The notes under the pieces are model-generated. The model was not told the DNA's origin. It ran no database searches and was given only the letters and a program-made list of their open reading frames with translations. The position numbers were made by a program, and so were the translations under genes. DNA of 64,000 nucleotides from an uncultured Candidatus Binatia bacterium (GTDB lineage: Bacteria > Desulfobacterota > Binatia > Bin18): positions 1,226,818 to 1,290,817 of the forward strand of contig OZ244620.1 in NCBI GenBank assembly GCA_965218395.1, written 5' to 3'. Below are positions 29,627 to 41,470 of this stretch, in pieces (positions within the stretch are counted from its first letter, which is position 1; each line of letters opens with the position of its first letter).

Positions 29627-29652
29627 GGGCAGGCACGGGGGCCTGCCCCTAC
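29627..29652 (-). repeat. REP flanking RAYT (downstream)
   Basis: GTAGGGGCAGGCCCCCGTGCCTGCCC. Confidence 0.85.
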
Positions 29653-29717
29653 ATAAGAATTGCGGCGGGTTGCCCCAGATGGGACAATTGCGGCGCGGGG
29701 GGCGATGAATAGGTGAT

Positions 29718-30309
29718 TCATACCATCCAGGCCTCCTCGGCATATTCGGACGCGCGTTCCCGGACCATAGGGGATGATTTCGACGGGGAACCGTATAAAC
29801 GGTCGGATTCCCATTTTGCCGGATTGTTGATGATGTAGTCACGAATGTGGTGCAGTTCCCGTTCGTTGCGGACAATGTGGTCCCAATAGTTGCGTTGCCA
29901 TAATCGGCCGGGAAACGGTTTCCAGCCGGTGTGTTTGACGGCCTCCGTGTATCGTTTCGTGGTTAATGTTTTGTACCGATGCACCACATCCGGCAACGAC
30001 ATGGGCGTCGTAGGGGGACGGGGGTGATCCTGCATCGGGTGGCTGAATGGTGAGAATGCCGTGGATGTGGTTGGGCATGACGATGAAGGCGTCTGTTTCA
30101 ATGCAGGAGTAATTCGCAGGTAATTCATCCCACGCGCCCTGCACCATTTGACCGGCATCGTTCAACACCATCTCACCATCCGCAACATCGCCAAACAGAT
30201 ATTCGTTGTTTTGGGTGCAAAGAGTGACAAAATACGCTCCCGGCTGCGCATACCTGTATCCCTGCAAACGGATGGAGCGGCGGTGATGTTTGGCCGGGTC
30301 GTATGCCAT
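29718..30309 (-). mobile_element. REP-associated tyrosine (HUH/Y1) transposase, frameshifted near 30000-30045
   Basis: HHRRSIRL..Y..PGAYFVT.CT, VMPNHIHGI in one frame; LWQRNYWDHIVRNE in another. Confidence 0.85.
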
Positions 30310-30333
30310 CGTTTGATAGGGCAGGTATGAACA

Positions 30334-30359
30334 GGGCAGGCACAGAGGCCTGCCCCTAC
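30334..30359 (-). repeat. REP flanking RAYT (upstream)
   Basis: GTAGGGGCAGGCCTCTGTGCCTGCCC. Confidence 0.85.
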
Positions 30360-30378
30360 GGTATTATTCTGTCACCAG

Positions 30379-31047
30379 CTACTCCCGAGAAAACGGGGTT
30401 CCCCAGGCATCCGCAAACGCCAGCTCTTCTACCGACCGGCGTGAGATCGGTCCGTGGCCGCGCAGGACGGGATAGCCAATCGGCACGACCGCCGCCATTC
30501 CCCACGGGTCGGGAATCCCCAAGAGGGTGCGCACCTCCGGTTCTTCCATGCACAGCAGCGTCGTGATCACACAGCCCAGCCCCTCGGCTCGGCAGGCCAG
30601 CAGGAGGTTTTCGACTGCCGGGTAGATCGACCCGCCGCCAACAACGGACAGGCGGTCCAGCTTCGCGTCGGTGACGGCCAGCCCGTCCGGGTTAAAACAC
30701 ACGACCAGCAGCACCGGGGACTCACCAAAGTTTTCCGCCAGGTAGTTGCTGGCGCGGATCGTCCGCTCGGCCTTTCGCCGTTCTTCCTCGGGGGCACCGG
30801 CCAGCCGCTCCATATACGATTTGGTATACGGCAGCGTGACCTGCTTATACAGTTCGCCCAGACGTTGTTTGCGGGCCGGGTCTTTGACCACGATGATGCG
30901 CCAGGCTTGGCGGTTGCCGCCGGACGGCGCCCAGGTGGCGGCCTCCAATACTCGGTACAGCACGTCTTCTGGAATCGGGTCCGGGCGCAGCCGCCGCACG
31001 GCGCGTAAGGTCCGCATCGCTTCGTAGAGATCGATCGTGGCCATCAT
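30379..31047 (-). CDS. Nitroreductase family protein
   Basis: RAVRRLRPDPIP, APSGGNRQAW, LACRAEGLG. Confidence 0.9.
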   Translation of the reverse strand: MMATIDLYEAMRTLRAVRRLRPDPIPEDVLYRVLEAATWAPSGGNRQAWRIIVVKDPARKQRLGELYKQVTLPYTKSYMERLAGAPEEERRKAERTIRASNYLAENFGESPVLLVVCFNPDGLAVTDAKLDRLSVVGGGSIYPAVENLLLACRAEGLGCVITTLLCMEEPEVRTLLGIPDPWGMAAVVPIGYPVLRGHGPISRRSVEELAFADAWGTPFSRE

Positions 31048-31147
31048 ATCCTCCGGGTTAGGGCCAAGCTCTTCGCGCACGGGCCGGCTGCGGCCTCACT
31101 GGAATGCTCCGACCGACTCCGCCGGTCATATTTCAGCACCCCTGGTC

Positions 31148-32224
31148 CTACACCGCCGCCAGCGTTTTCTCCGGCTGGGCGTCGGCTGTGCGGAAATGGG
31201 GCAGGACATATTTGGCGAAGCGCTGCATGGATTGCATAACCAGTTCGTGGGCCATTCCGCCCCAGTTGAGAAAATAGATGAACTGGTCCATCTGCAAGTC
31301 TTTCTGAAAGCGTTCCAGCTTGGCAATGACCTGGTCGGGGTCGCCAATCAGCGTGCGCTCGTTGTACAGGACGTCATACGTGAGCGTTTTCATGGTCGGC
31401 GCAAACTGGGCGTACGCCTTGTACTGTTCGGATTTGATCTTTTTGGGGAAGAGCGAGCCGGCCAGGTCCACATAGCCCATAACCGCCTGCTCGGCTTCCG
31501 CCTTGGCTTTTGCGGCCGTCTCGCCCACATAGGTGTGGAACAGGGCGATGACCTCTGTGTCGGCATGTCCGTGCTGGCGGAGTTTGTCCTTGTAGGCGAC
31601 AACCTGGCCCTGCGTCACCTCAATCGGCAGCGGATAGGGCACTTGCAGAATGCTATAGCCTTTGCGCGCCGCCCAGTCATAGCTTTCGGGGCTGAGGGCG
31701 GCGGCGTACAGCGGCGGATGCGGTTTTTGGAGAGGGCGCGGCAATATCGTGAGGTCGGTGACATTGGTGAATTGTCCGGCAAAATTGAGGGGAGCCTCCT
31801 GCCAGGCGCGCAGGATCATCTCCACGCCCTCTTCGAGTCGCTGGCGGCCTTCGTCCTGCGACACGCCCAGCCCGTCATATTCAAACGGAAACAGCCCCCG
31901 CCCGACCCCAAAGTTCAGCCGCCCACCGCTCAGCACATCGACCAGGGCAAAGTCCTCGGCTGCGCGGATAGGGTTATCAAAGGGCACCAGGCTCACCGCC
32001 GTGCCCAGACGAATCCGCTGGGTGCGTTCGGCCATGGCGGCGAGCAGCACCTGGGGGCGGGGCAGGATGCCGCCATAGCGGGTGAAGTGGTGCTCGGACA
32101 CCCAGGCCGAGTCAAACCCCAGCTCCTCGGCGCGCTGGGTGAGATCGAGAAAATCCGTCAAATACTGCCGGGCCGACTTGACCTCGGGCCAGTGATCGAA
32201 AATACAAAACACGCCGATTTTCAT
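31148..32224 (-). CDS. LLM-class flavin-dependent oxidoreductase
   Basis: GFDSAWVSEHH, RIRLGTAV, SGGRLNFGVGRG. Confidence 0.92.
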   Translation of the reverse strand: MKIGVFCIFDHWPEVKSARQYLTDFLDLTQRAEELGFDSAWVSEHHFTRYGGILPRPQVLLAAMAERTQRIRLGTAVSLVPFDNPIRAAEDFALVDVLSGGRLNFGVGRGLFPFEYDGLGVSQDEGRQRLEEGVEMILRAWQEAPLNFAGQFTNVTDLTILPRPLQKPHPPLYAAALSPESYDWAARKGYSILQVPYPLPIEVTQGQVVAYKDKLRQHGHADTEVIALFHTYVGETAAKAKAEAEQAVMGYVDLAGSLFPKKIKSEQYKAYAQFAPTMKTLTYDVLYNERTLIGDPDQVIAKLERFQKDLQMDQFIYFLNWGGMAHELVMQSMQRFAKYVLPHFRTADAQPEKTLAAV

Positions 32225-32329
32225 GCGATATCGGCCCCTCTCACTGTGTGTTGGTCTTGTGACTGGTGCGCTGAGTTGTCGCCCCGCGCCGCCGCCCGGA
32301 CCCGGCAGGTCCAGGCGGTTGGCTCGGGT

Positions 32330-32860
32330 TTAGTGTTTATCCGGCGACTGCAAGGCGTTAATCGGATCGTCAAGCGCCTTGAGCGACAGCTTAAAGCGAT
32401 CCTGCATGCGCGCATCGTCGGCGGTGAACTCGCGCATCAGGCAGCAATACTCTAACGAGATGCCGTTCGGGTCTTTGAAATAGATCGATTTGGCCCAGTT
32501 GTGATCAACCACCTCACTGACCTGGATGCCTTTCGCGCGGAGTTCGTCGCGTTTCTGCGCCAGGGCGGCCTCGTTGCCGGCCTCGAACGCGAAGTGATAA
32601 AAGCCGCCCGGCACGCCGAGCCCGCTGTTGATACCGGCGTCATATTCACGCGGCACACCGGGCACGTCCCGCGCTTCCATGAAGGCCAGCAGTTGGTGAT
32701 GGCCGGTATCGAAGAAGATGTGGCGAATTTTACCCCCTTCTTCTATTTCGATGGTATCGCATACCACCGGCTTGAAACCGAGCAGGTCTGCGTAGAACTC
32801 CCGCGTTTTGTCCAGGTCGAGCGTCGAAAGGCCAATGTGAGATAATCCCCTGTTTGACAT
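32330..32860 (-). CDS. VOC (glyoxalase-like) family protein
   Basis: SHIGL..DLDKTREFY..LLG, HFAF, SIYFKDPNG..LE. Confidence 0.9.
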   Translation of the reverse strand: MSNRGLSHIGLSTLDLDKTREFYADLLGFKPVVCDTIEIEEGGKIRHIFFDTGHHQLLAFMEARDVPGVPREYDAGINSGLGVPGGFYHFAFEAGNEAALAQKRDELRAKGIQVSEVVDHNWAKSIYFKDPNGISLEYCCLMREFTADDARMQDRFKLSLKALDDPINALQSPDKH

Positions 32861-32944
32861 ATACCCATCCTCCTTGTGTGTGATGCATCACATGCCTAGC
32901 ACTTCTTCCGTGGTCATACCATCGCTTTGGCTCATCTCCACGCC

Positions 32945-34078
32945 TCAGCGTTGCAGCGAGGCATAGGTCGCCGCGATTATCCTGGCCGAGCGCTGATCGC
33001 CCAGCGTGCTTTCGCCCATGCGGTTCATCACATAGGCGATCGAAGTACGGGTATCGGGATCGACCACGGCAATCGAGCCGCCCCAGCCGCCCCAGTAGAA
33101 GGCGCCGGGGCTGGGTGTGAACGGAATCCGCGGGTTCATCAGGCCAAAGCCCAGTCCGAAAAGCATCCACACGCCGAGCACGAGGTCCTTGCCGTTGGTC
33201 TGTTGTTGCTGTGCCAGCGCCACCGTCTCGGGTGCCATCAGCCGGACGCCGTCAAGAACGCCGCCCGCAGCCAGGGCGCCGTGCACACGGGCGACGGCGC
33301 GGGCGTTGCCGATGCCGCCCGCGGCCGGAATCTCCGCCGCGCGCCAGGCCCGCGTCTGCGGCTCGCGGCCCGTCAAGGCGACAGACCGAAACGTCCGCGT
33401 GGCGACCGAATCCGGGTCGCCGGGAATCTGATCCATGGTCGCCGAAGGAGGCACCATCTCGCCAACGCGCTCATCGTGTTGGGCGTCCAGCCCGATATGA
33501 AAATCGACGCTGAGCGGGGTTGCGACCTCCTCGCGGAAAAACGTCCCCAGGCTGCGGCCGTCGACCCGGCGCAGGATTTCTCCCTGTAGATAACCCTGCG
33601 TTATGGCGTGGTAGCCCGAGGCCGTCCCAGGCTCCCACCAGGGTGCCTGGCGGGCCAGCCGGCCGCAGATGTCATCCCAGTCGTAGAGTTGCTTGATCTC
33701 GACGCGTGAGTCGAAACCGGCCAAGCCGGCCGAGTGGCTCATCACATGGCGAACCAGCACGCCCGCCTTGCCGTTCTGCGCGAACTCGGGCCAGTAACGC
33801 GCAACCGGAGCGTCGAACTCAATCAGCCCCCGGTCGGCGAGCATTAACATGCAGACGGCGGCCATGGTTTTGGTGGTGGAGTACACGTTGACAATAGTGT
33901 CCTGCTGCCAGGGCTCACCGCTCGGTGCCGAGCAGCCGCCCCACACATCAACCACCACCTGTCCGTCGTGTACGACACAGGCGCTGGCGCCAAGCTCCTC
34001 GCCCGTCGCGAAGTTCTCTATAAACGCCTCGCGAACGGCCGCGAAGGCGTCGGCACAGTATCCCTGAGCTTCCATCAT
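32945..34078 (-). CDS. Serine hydrolase (EstA/beta-lactamase-like)
   Basis: YSTTK, YHAITQG, WGGWGGS. Confidence 0.92.
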   Translation of the reverse strand: MMEAQGYCADAFAAVREAFIENFATGEELGASACVVHDGQVVVDVWGGCSAPSGEPWQQDTIVNVYSTTKTMAAVCMLMLADRGLIEFDAPVARYWPEFAQNGKAGVLVRHVMSHSAGLAGFDSRVEIKQLYDWDDICGRLARQAPWWEPGTASGYHAITQGYLQGEILRRVDGRSLGTFFREEVATPLSVDFHIGLDAQHDERVGEMVPPSATMDQIPGDPDSVATRTFRSVALTGREPQTRAWRAAEIPAAGGIGNARAVARVHGALAAGGVLDGVRLMAPETVALAQQQQTNGKDLVLGVWMLFGLGFGLMNPRIPFTPSPGAFYWGGWGGSIAVVDPDTRTSIAYVMNRMGESTLGDQRSARIIAATYASLQR

Positions 34079-34087
34079 GGCTTTCCT

Positions 34088-34840
34088 TTACTGCGTCAAT
34101 TCTCCCAGTTTTGCCTTCAAGACCCTGAGCGCATTTTTGTTGGCGCTCCTGATCGCCTCCATACTGGGCGGCTCGACACTGATATCGCCGAGCTCGGACA
34201 CGACGACGTGCACGTCGTCGTGTCCGTCAACGTGTTTCATCTCGTCTAACCAACGCTGCACGTTGGGGAAGGGCGCGAAGTCGAAGACGTTGGTAAAACC
34301 CGGTTGTAGCTGTCCGATCTCCACGTAGGCGGCAAAGTCGGCCAGGCTGAGTTGTTCGCCCGTCACATAGCGGGATTCCGCCAGCCAACCCGACTCCAAT
34401 GCGTGGAGTGCCTTCGTCAGGGTCGCCCGCGCGGCCTGTTGAATGGTGTCCGGAATATTCAGATCCTTGCGGATCTTCGGGGCGACCAAACCGACGGAGG
34501 CGTCGCGCACATTGCGATGGTGGTAGTGTAAATACCAGTCCACCCTGGCGCGCAGCCGATGATCCGCAGGGTAGACGTCTTCCCAGCCATGCGTATTGCT
34601 CAAATAACACATGATGGCGTGCGCCTCGCCGAGCACAAAGCCGCTGTCCGGCTCTTCGATCGTCGGAATCGTCCCGCCGGGATTTTTGGCCAGATAGGCC
34701 GGATTGCGACTGCCGGTTTCCCCTTTTGAGCCTGGGTTGATCAGGACCATTTCAAACGGCGTCCGCTTATATAGCATCAGCCACATGACCGCGCGTACCG
34801 GTTGTGAAAACGGTACGCCATACAAGAGGATAGGTTGCAT
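34088..34840 (-). CDS. Glutathione S-transferase (theta-like)
   Basis: SQPVRAV, NPGGTIPTIEE, LGEAHAI, SLADF. Confidence 0.88.
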   Translation of the reverse strand: MQPILLYGVPFSQPVRAVMWLMLYKRTPFEMVLINPGSKGETGSRNPAYLAKNPGGTIPTIEEPDSGFVLGEAHAIMCYLSNTHGWEDVYPADHRLRARVDWYLHYHHRNVRDASVGLVAPKIRKDLNIPDTIQQAARATLTKALHALESGWLAESRYVTGEQLSLADFAAYVEIGQLQPGFTNVFDFAPFPNVQRWLDEMKHVDGHDDVHVVVSELGDISVEPPSMEAIRSANKNALRVLKAKLGELTQ

Positions 34841-34852
34841 CGTATTCCTCGT

Positions 34853-36682
<1,830 letters not shown>

Positions 36683-37083
36683 GCTGTTCGTCCTCCTTCT
36701 TAAAACTCAGCTCTTCGTTCAAGCGTTATGAGGTAACATATCCCGTGGAAATAAAAAATCTTGATGGGATGTTGTCGCGTGCAACCTTTAGGAAGTTTCC
36801 CATTACCTGTCAACGCACAAGCAGGCTCTATCGACCCTGCGTTCCATTCGATGCCCATTTTGTCTTTTCTCGGAAGATGGACTTCACGCACGGGGCCGGA
36901 AAAGCATTGGTGTCACGAGCGGTTGAGCTGGTCTGTTTGACTGCGGTTAGGGGCTCACCTAGAATCGCGTTCGGGACGGATAGCTGGCCAAGTACGGGTA
37001 GGGTGACGAGGGAAATCCCGGTTATTAGCCGTTCTTGCCGCCCGGTCTATGGGGGATGACCTGTAACACGAAGGAGGAATATC

Positions 37084-38463
37084 ATGCCCACCGACGTTCG
37101 CGGTCTTGATATCACGGTGACGAATGCTGAGGCTCTTGCCGCGTATGACAAGGTGCTAACCGACCTCTGGAATTATCGGCTCGCCGCGCCAAAAAACCTG
37201 AAGCGTGTCCTCGAACTCGACCCGGATTTTCCAATGGCACACGTTGTCCGAGGTTACATTATGTCCATGCTCGAGACGGTCGCGGTCCGCCCGAAAATGC
37301 TGGCCAGTGCGTCGCACGCCCGCGAACATCTTGCGGCGGACGCCCGCCGCGAACGTCTGCATTGTGACGCCTTGGAAGGGTTGGCAACCGGCAACCTCGA
37401 ACGGGCTTGTGCCGCCTGGGAGGCCATACTGGCCGACTATCCTCACGACTTGCTGGCTCTCAAAATGCACCACCATTCGACTTTCTGGACTGGTCGGAGT
37501 TATGTCATTCGCAATACCGTCGCCGGCGTGTTCGACTTGTGGGATGAGTCGATCCCCGGTTACAGCTTCGTCCTCGGCATGTTGGCCTTTGCGCTTGAAG
37601 AATGCGGCGATTATGCCCAAGCAGAGGCCTTTGGTCGCCAGTCCATTGACCTGAATCCGGATGACCTGTGGGCGATCCACTCAGTCGCGCACGTGATGGA
37701 GATGCAGGGGCGCCTGGACGAAGGGATTGCCTTGATCGATCGACCGGTCGATCAGTGGGCCGATCGAAACCCGTTTCAAGGCCATAATTGGTGGCACTTG
37801 GCCTTATTCGCGCTTGAGAGGGGTGACTATGATTTTACGTTGGACGTCTATGACAACAGGATACTGACCTCTAACACGGAATTCTTCCTGGATGTTCAAA
37901 ACGGTGCTTCGATGCTCAAGCGCCTGGAGTTGCTGGGGGTTGATGTTGGTGAGCGCTGGGAGCCCTTGGCGGAGTACGCGCGGAAGCGGGTCGATGATCA
38001 TGTGCTGGCTTTTACCGATCTGCATAGCTTGATGGCGCTGGCGTCTGCGGACGACAAGGAGACCGCGCAGGCGTATATCAATGCACTCGAATCATTTGCC
38101 CATACACCAGACAATTATGCTGCTGCGCTGATGGCGGATGTGGTGGTGCCGATGGGTGAAGGAGTGCTGGCGTTTGAAAACGAGGAGTATGCTCGGGCGG
38201 TCGATGTATTGTGGCCGCTGCGCGATCGCTGGTTTGGGATCGGCGGATCGCATGCGCAGCGCGATATCTTTACGCAGATTCTCATCGAGGCGGCCATGCG
38301 CGCCGAACGCTATGAGCAGGCCCGGGCGCTTCTGGCGCAGCGGGCGTTGTTGAGACCGAACAGTCTTGGGAGCTGGCAAAAGTACGCAAGCGTGTTACAG
38401 GCGTGCGGCGACGACTCGCGGGCGGAACACGCGCGGCAAAGAGCTGCCAGCTTACACGCTTAG
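37084..38463 (+). CDS. TTC38-like tetratricopeptide protein
   Basis: GMLAFALEECG, WAIHSVAHV.EM, HNWWHLALF, IGGSHAQRDIF. Confidence 0.82.
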   Translation: MPTDVRGLDITVTNAEALAAYDKVLTDLWNYRLAAPKNLKRVLELDPDFPMAHVVRGYIMSMLETVAVRPKMLASASHAREHLAADARRERLHCDALEGLATGNLERACAAWEAILADYPHDLLALKMHHHSTFWTGRSYVIRNTVAGVFDLWDESIPGYSFVLGMLAFALEECGDYAQAEAFGRQSIDLNPDDLWAIHSVAHVMEMQGRLDEGIALIDRPVDQWADRNPFQGHNWWHLALFALERGDYDFTLDVYDNRILTSNTEFFLDVQNGASMLKRLELLGVDVGERWEPLAEYARKRVDDHVLAFTDLHSLMALASADDKETAQAYINALESFAHTPDNYAAALMADVVVPMGEGVLAFENEEYARAVDVLWPLRDRWFGIGGSHAQRDIFTQILIEAAMRAERYEQARALLAQRALLRPNSLGSWQKYASVLQACGDDSRAEHARQRAASLHA

Positions 38464-38477
38464 GGAGGGTTTCGGCC

Positions 38478-39698
38478 ATGCATTATATGCTGACTGAGTC
38501 GCAGCTTGCGTTACGGGCGCGGGCGCGCGAATTGGCACGGGACGTGATCGCACCGTGCGCCGCGGAGGTTGACCAAAGCGAACAATACCCCTGGGAGAAT
38601 GTCCGGGCGTTAAATGAGGCGGGATTCTTTGGCATGACCATCCCGCCGGAGTTTGGTGGGGCCGGACTGAGCTATCTCGACGTGGTGCTCGTCATCGAAG
38701 AGATGGCAAAGGTTTGCGGGGTGACCGGACGTATTGTGGTCGAAGCGAATATGGGGGCGCTTTCAGCCATCATGCACTACGGCACGCCGGCGCAAAAAGA
38801 GCGGGCGGCGGCTCTTGTCTTGGCTGGGGATAAGCCCGCCATCTGTATTACCGAGCCGCACGCCGGCAGTGCGGCATCAGAGATGACCACACGGGCCGAT
38901 AAACGCGGCGATACGTATGTGCTGAACGGCATGAAGCATTGGATTACCGGGGGCGGTGTTTCCAAACTCCATCTGATCTTCGCCCGCGTGTTTGACGGAC
39001 AAGGGACGGAGCAAGGCATCGGTGGATTTATTGCGGTTCGCGACCAGGATCGTGGCTTGCGCATCGGTCAGCGTGAACCCACGATGGGCTTACGAGGCAT
39101 TCCTGAGGCCGAAGTGTATTTCGAAGATCTCGAACTGCCTGCCGACCGAGTATTAACACCGCCCGGCGGGTTCAGGCGTGGCTTTGCTGAATTAATGAAC
39201 GCCTACAACACCCAACGGGTTGGCGCGGGCACGGTTGCTTTAGGGCTTGCCACCGGAGCCTATGAAGGGGCAAAACAATACGCTTTAGACCGAGAACAGT
39301 TTGGTCGGCCGATTGCCGAGTTTCAGGGCCTGCAGTGGATGCTGGCCGATATGTCGACGCAGATCGAAGCGGCGCGGCTCATGCTCCACAGCGCGGCCCG
39401 TTCGCGCGGCCCCCACAAGAGCCCGTTCCCGGAGCCGAATGCGGCGGCGCAAGCAAAGCTGTTCGCCTCGGAAATGGCCATTAAGGTCACAAATGACGCC
39501 TTACAGGTGTTTGGCGCCAAAGGCTATTCGCGCAACACGCCGGCTGAACGCATGGTGCGGGACGCTCGAATGTTCACCATTGGGGGCGGTACTGCCCAGA
39601 TCCTGCGCACAGTCATCGCTTCGCGGATTTTAGACCGCCGCCTGCCGCAGACCCGTGACGGGTACGCGCGACTGGCTCGTAAAACCCAAGAACGGTAG
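38478..39698 (+). CDS. acdA: Acyl-CoA dehydrogenase-fold protein, 3-sulfinopropanoyl-CoA desulfinase (AcdA)-like
   Basis: QYPWENV, GRIVVEAN, DKPAICITEP, WITGGGVSKLHLIFARV, YNTQRVGAG, LPQTRDGY. Confidence 0.8.
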   Translation: MHYMLTESQLALRARARELARDVIAPCAAEVDQSEQYPWENVRALNEAGFFGMTIPPEFGGAGLSYLDVVLVIEEMAKVCGVTGRIVVEANMGALSAIMHYGTPAQKERAAALVLAGDKPAICITEPHAGSAASEMTTRADKRGDTYVLNGMKHWITGGGVSKLHLIFARVFDGQGTEQGIGGFIAVRDQDRGLRIGQREPTMGLRGIPEAEVYFEDLELPADRVLTPPGGFRRGFAELMNAYNTQRVGAGTVALGLATGAYEGAKQYALDREQFGRPIAEFQGLQWMLADMSTQIEAARLMLHSAARSRGPHKSPFPEPNAAAQAKLFASEMAIKVTNDALQVFGAKGYSRNTPAERMVRDARMFTIGGGTAQILRTVIASRILDRRLPQTRDGYARLARKTQER

Positions 39699-39814
39699 TT
39701 CCCTTCACGTGGTTTCCCTGCGCTCGGGGCGAACCGGGAAAGTCACGGCGAGACAGTCCAAACCCGTTCGTGCTGAGCCTGTCGAAGCAGGATGATCGGT
39801 ACGGGAGTTTCTCT
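39535..39814 (+). repeat. 280-bp direct repeat copy 1 (acdA 3' end plus downstream repeat)
   Basis: Colinear with 44731-45010; about 20 mismatches by manual count, no indels. Confidence 0.92.
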
Positions 39815-39930
39815 CCCTTTGAGATGTGGCGGCGTCTGCTTACCGCTGCCCACTTCCAAGAAGTCATGCATTCTCTCTCCCCATCGTTCTTACCCCACCA
39901 TTGGTCCAGTGAAAGGAGCAGAGCAACGTT

Positions 39931-40341
39931 ATGACTAGGACAGAGGAATTGAATGGATTGTTCGATAAGTGGAAGAAGCAGAGGCCCGAAGAAGCGTAGC
40001 GTATGTGCCTTGACGGCCTTGTCTTCAATGCGCTTTCACCCCACTGGCGGGAGACCTGATGACGACAAAGACGGACAAGAAGCATGGTTCACGGCAAGAA
40101 ACGCATCCCTTATCGGATAGACCGGCGATTGACATGCTTCGCAGGACCTGAATATGATCCTATCATCCCGTTTGGACTGCCCTTTGAGCCTGAAGACTGC
40201 CAATATGGGGAATCCTGGCTTAGAGGACAGTTCAGGCCGGTGCTTATGGTGTGGGTGGGTATGCTAGACTGCCACAGGCATTCTCCTTGGGGAGGAAGGA
40301 TGGATTGTTATGGCGACTCAACGTGCACGAGGAGGGCCTAG
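39931..40341 (+). pseudogene. Probable decayed gene upstream of the ParB-like gene
   Basis: Strong RBS AAAGGAG, MTRTEELNGLFDKWKKQRPEEA*, then further in-frame stops. Confidence 0.35.
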
Positions 40342-41464
40342 CGAACTAAATTCGTTTGCCCCGGAGTTCGTACCGATTGAGCAACTCCACCTCGACGCAA
40401 GGAACCCACGCATTCAAGAGTTAGGAGAGGATCTCGGCGAGGAAAAGATTCTGGAAGTCCTCTGGCGGGAATACTCTGTGGATGAAGTGGCGATGTCTAT
40501 CGCGCAAAACGGCTTCTTCCCACATGAGCCCCTGTTTGTTACTGAGGAGAATAAGAAGCTCGTAGTCGTCGAGGGTAACCGCAGGCTTGCGGCTGTTCGG
40601 CTGTTGCGGCAGCCCGATCTTCGGAAGCGATTACAGGCAACGAATCTTCCTGGCATCTCCAAGAAAGCCGTCGATGATCTTGGGTTTCTCCCCGTGATTC
40701 GCTGCCAGCACGAGACGATTTGGCAGTACGTCGGCTTTAAGCACGTCAATGGCCCGCAGGCGTGGGACTCCTTTGCTAAGGCCAAATACATTGCTTGGGT
40801 CAAGAACGCTCTCGGGATCGATCTAGGGGACGTAGCTCGTACTATCGGTGATACACACTCCACCGTCACACGGCTGTATCGAGCCTACATGGCGCTTCAG
40901 CAGGCAGAGCGTAAAGGAGTATATAGTCCCGAGCGGCGCACTCGCAGACACTTCTCGTTCTCGCACCTTTACACCGGTCTTGACTACCCAGGGATTCGGA
41001 CGTTTACGCGCGTCGCTGACCTTGATCCGCCAAGGTCAGAGCCGATTCCTAGAAGTAGGTTGAATGAGTTCGGCGAGTTGTGCGTCTGGCTGTGGGGAGA
41101 CAAGACGAAGGGGAAGGTCGCCCTCATCAAGAGCCAGAACCCTGACCTCCGCAAGCTTGACGAAGCTCTTCAGTCAAGACAAGGACTCAGTGCTCTCAGG
41201 GCTGGCTATGGGATTTCTGTTGCTGTCGACATCGCTCGGGGTGACACTGCGCTCTTTCGCGAGGCGCTGCTAAAGGCAAAGCAATCGCTTCAGGAAGCAC
41301 GGGGGAAAGTCGAGACTGGATTTGCAGGAGAACAGGATCTGGTGAGAGAGATGACGCAGATCATCGCAATCGCTATGGCGCTTGATGGAGATATGCGAAG
41401 GATTGAAACGGACAGTCGTACACATCAGAGAAAGGGACGACGGCGGCTGGCGGGAAGAGAATAG
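40310..41464 (+). CDS. ParB/Srx N-terminal-domain protein
   Basis: LHLDARNPRI, SIAQNGF...EPL, VVVEGNRRLAA. Confidence 0.8.
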   Translation: MATQRARGGPSELNSFAPEFVPIEQLHLDARNPRIQELGEDLGEEKILEVLWREYSVDEVAMSIAQNGFFPHEPLFVTEENKKLVVVEGNRRLAAVRLLRQPDLRKRLQATNLPGISKKAVDDLGFLPVIRCQHETIWQYVGFKHVNGPQAWDSFAKAKYIAWVKNALGIDLGDVARTIGDTHSTVTRLYRAYMALQQAERKGVYSPERRTRRHFSFSHLYTGLDYPGIRTFTRVADLDPPRSEPIPRSRLNEFGELCVWLWGDKTKGKVALIKSQNPDLRKLDEALQSRQGLSALRAGYGISVAVDIARGDTALFREALLKAKQSLQEARGKVETGFAGEQDLVREMTQIIAIAMALDGDMRRIETDSRTHQRKGRRRLAGRE

Positions 41465-41470
41465 CCTCAA

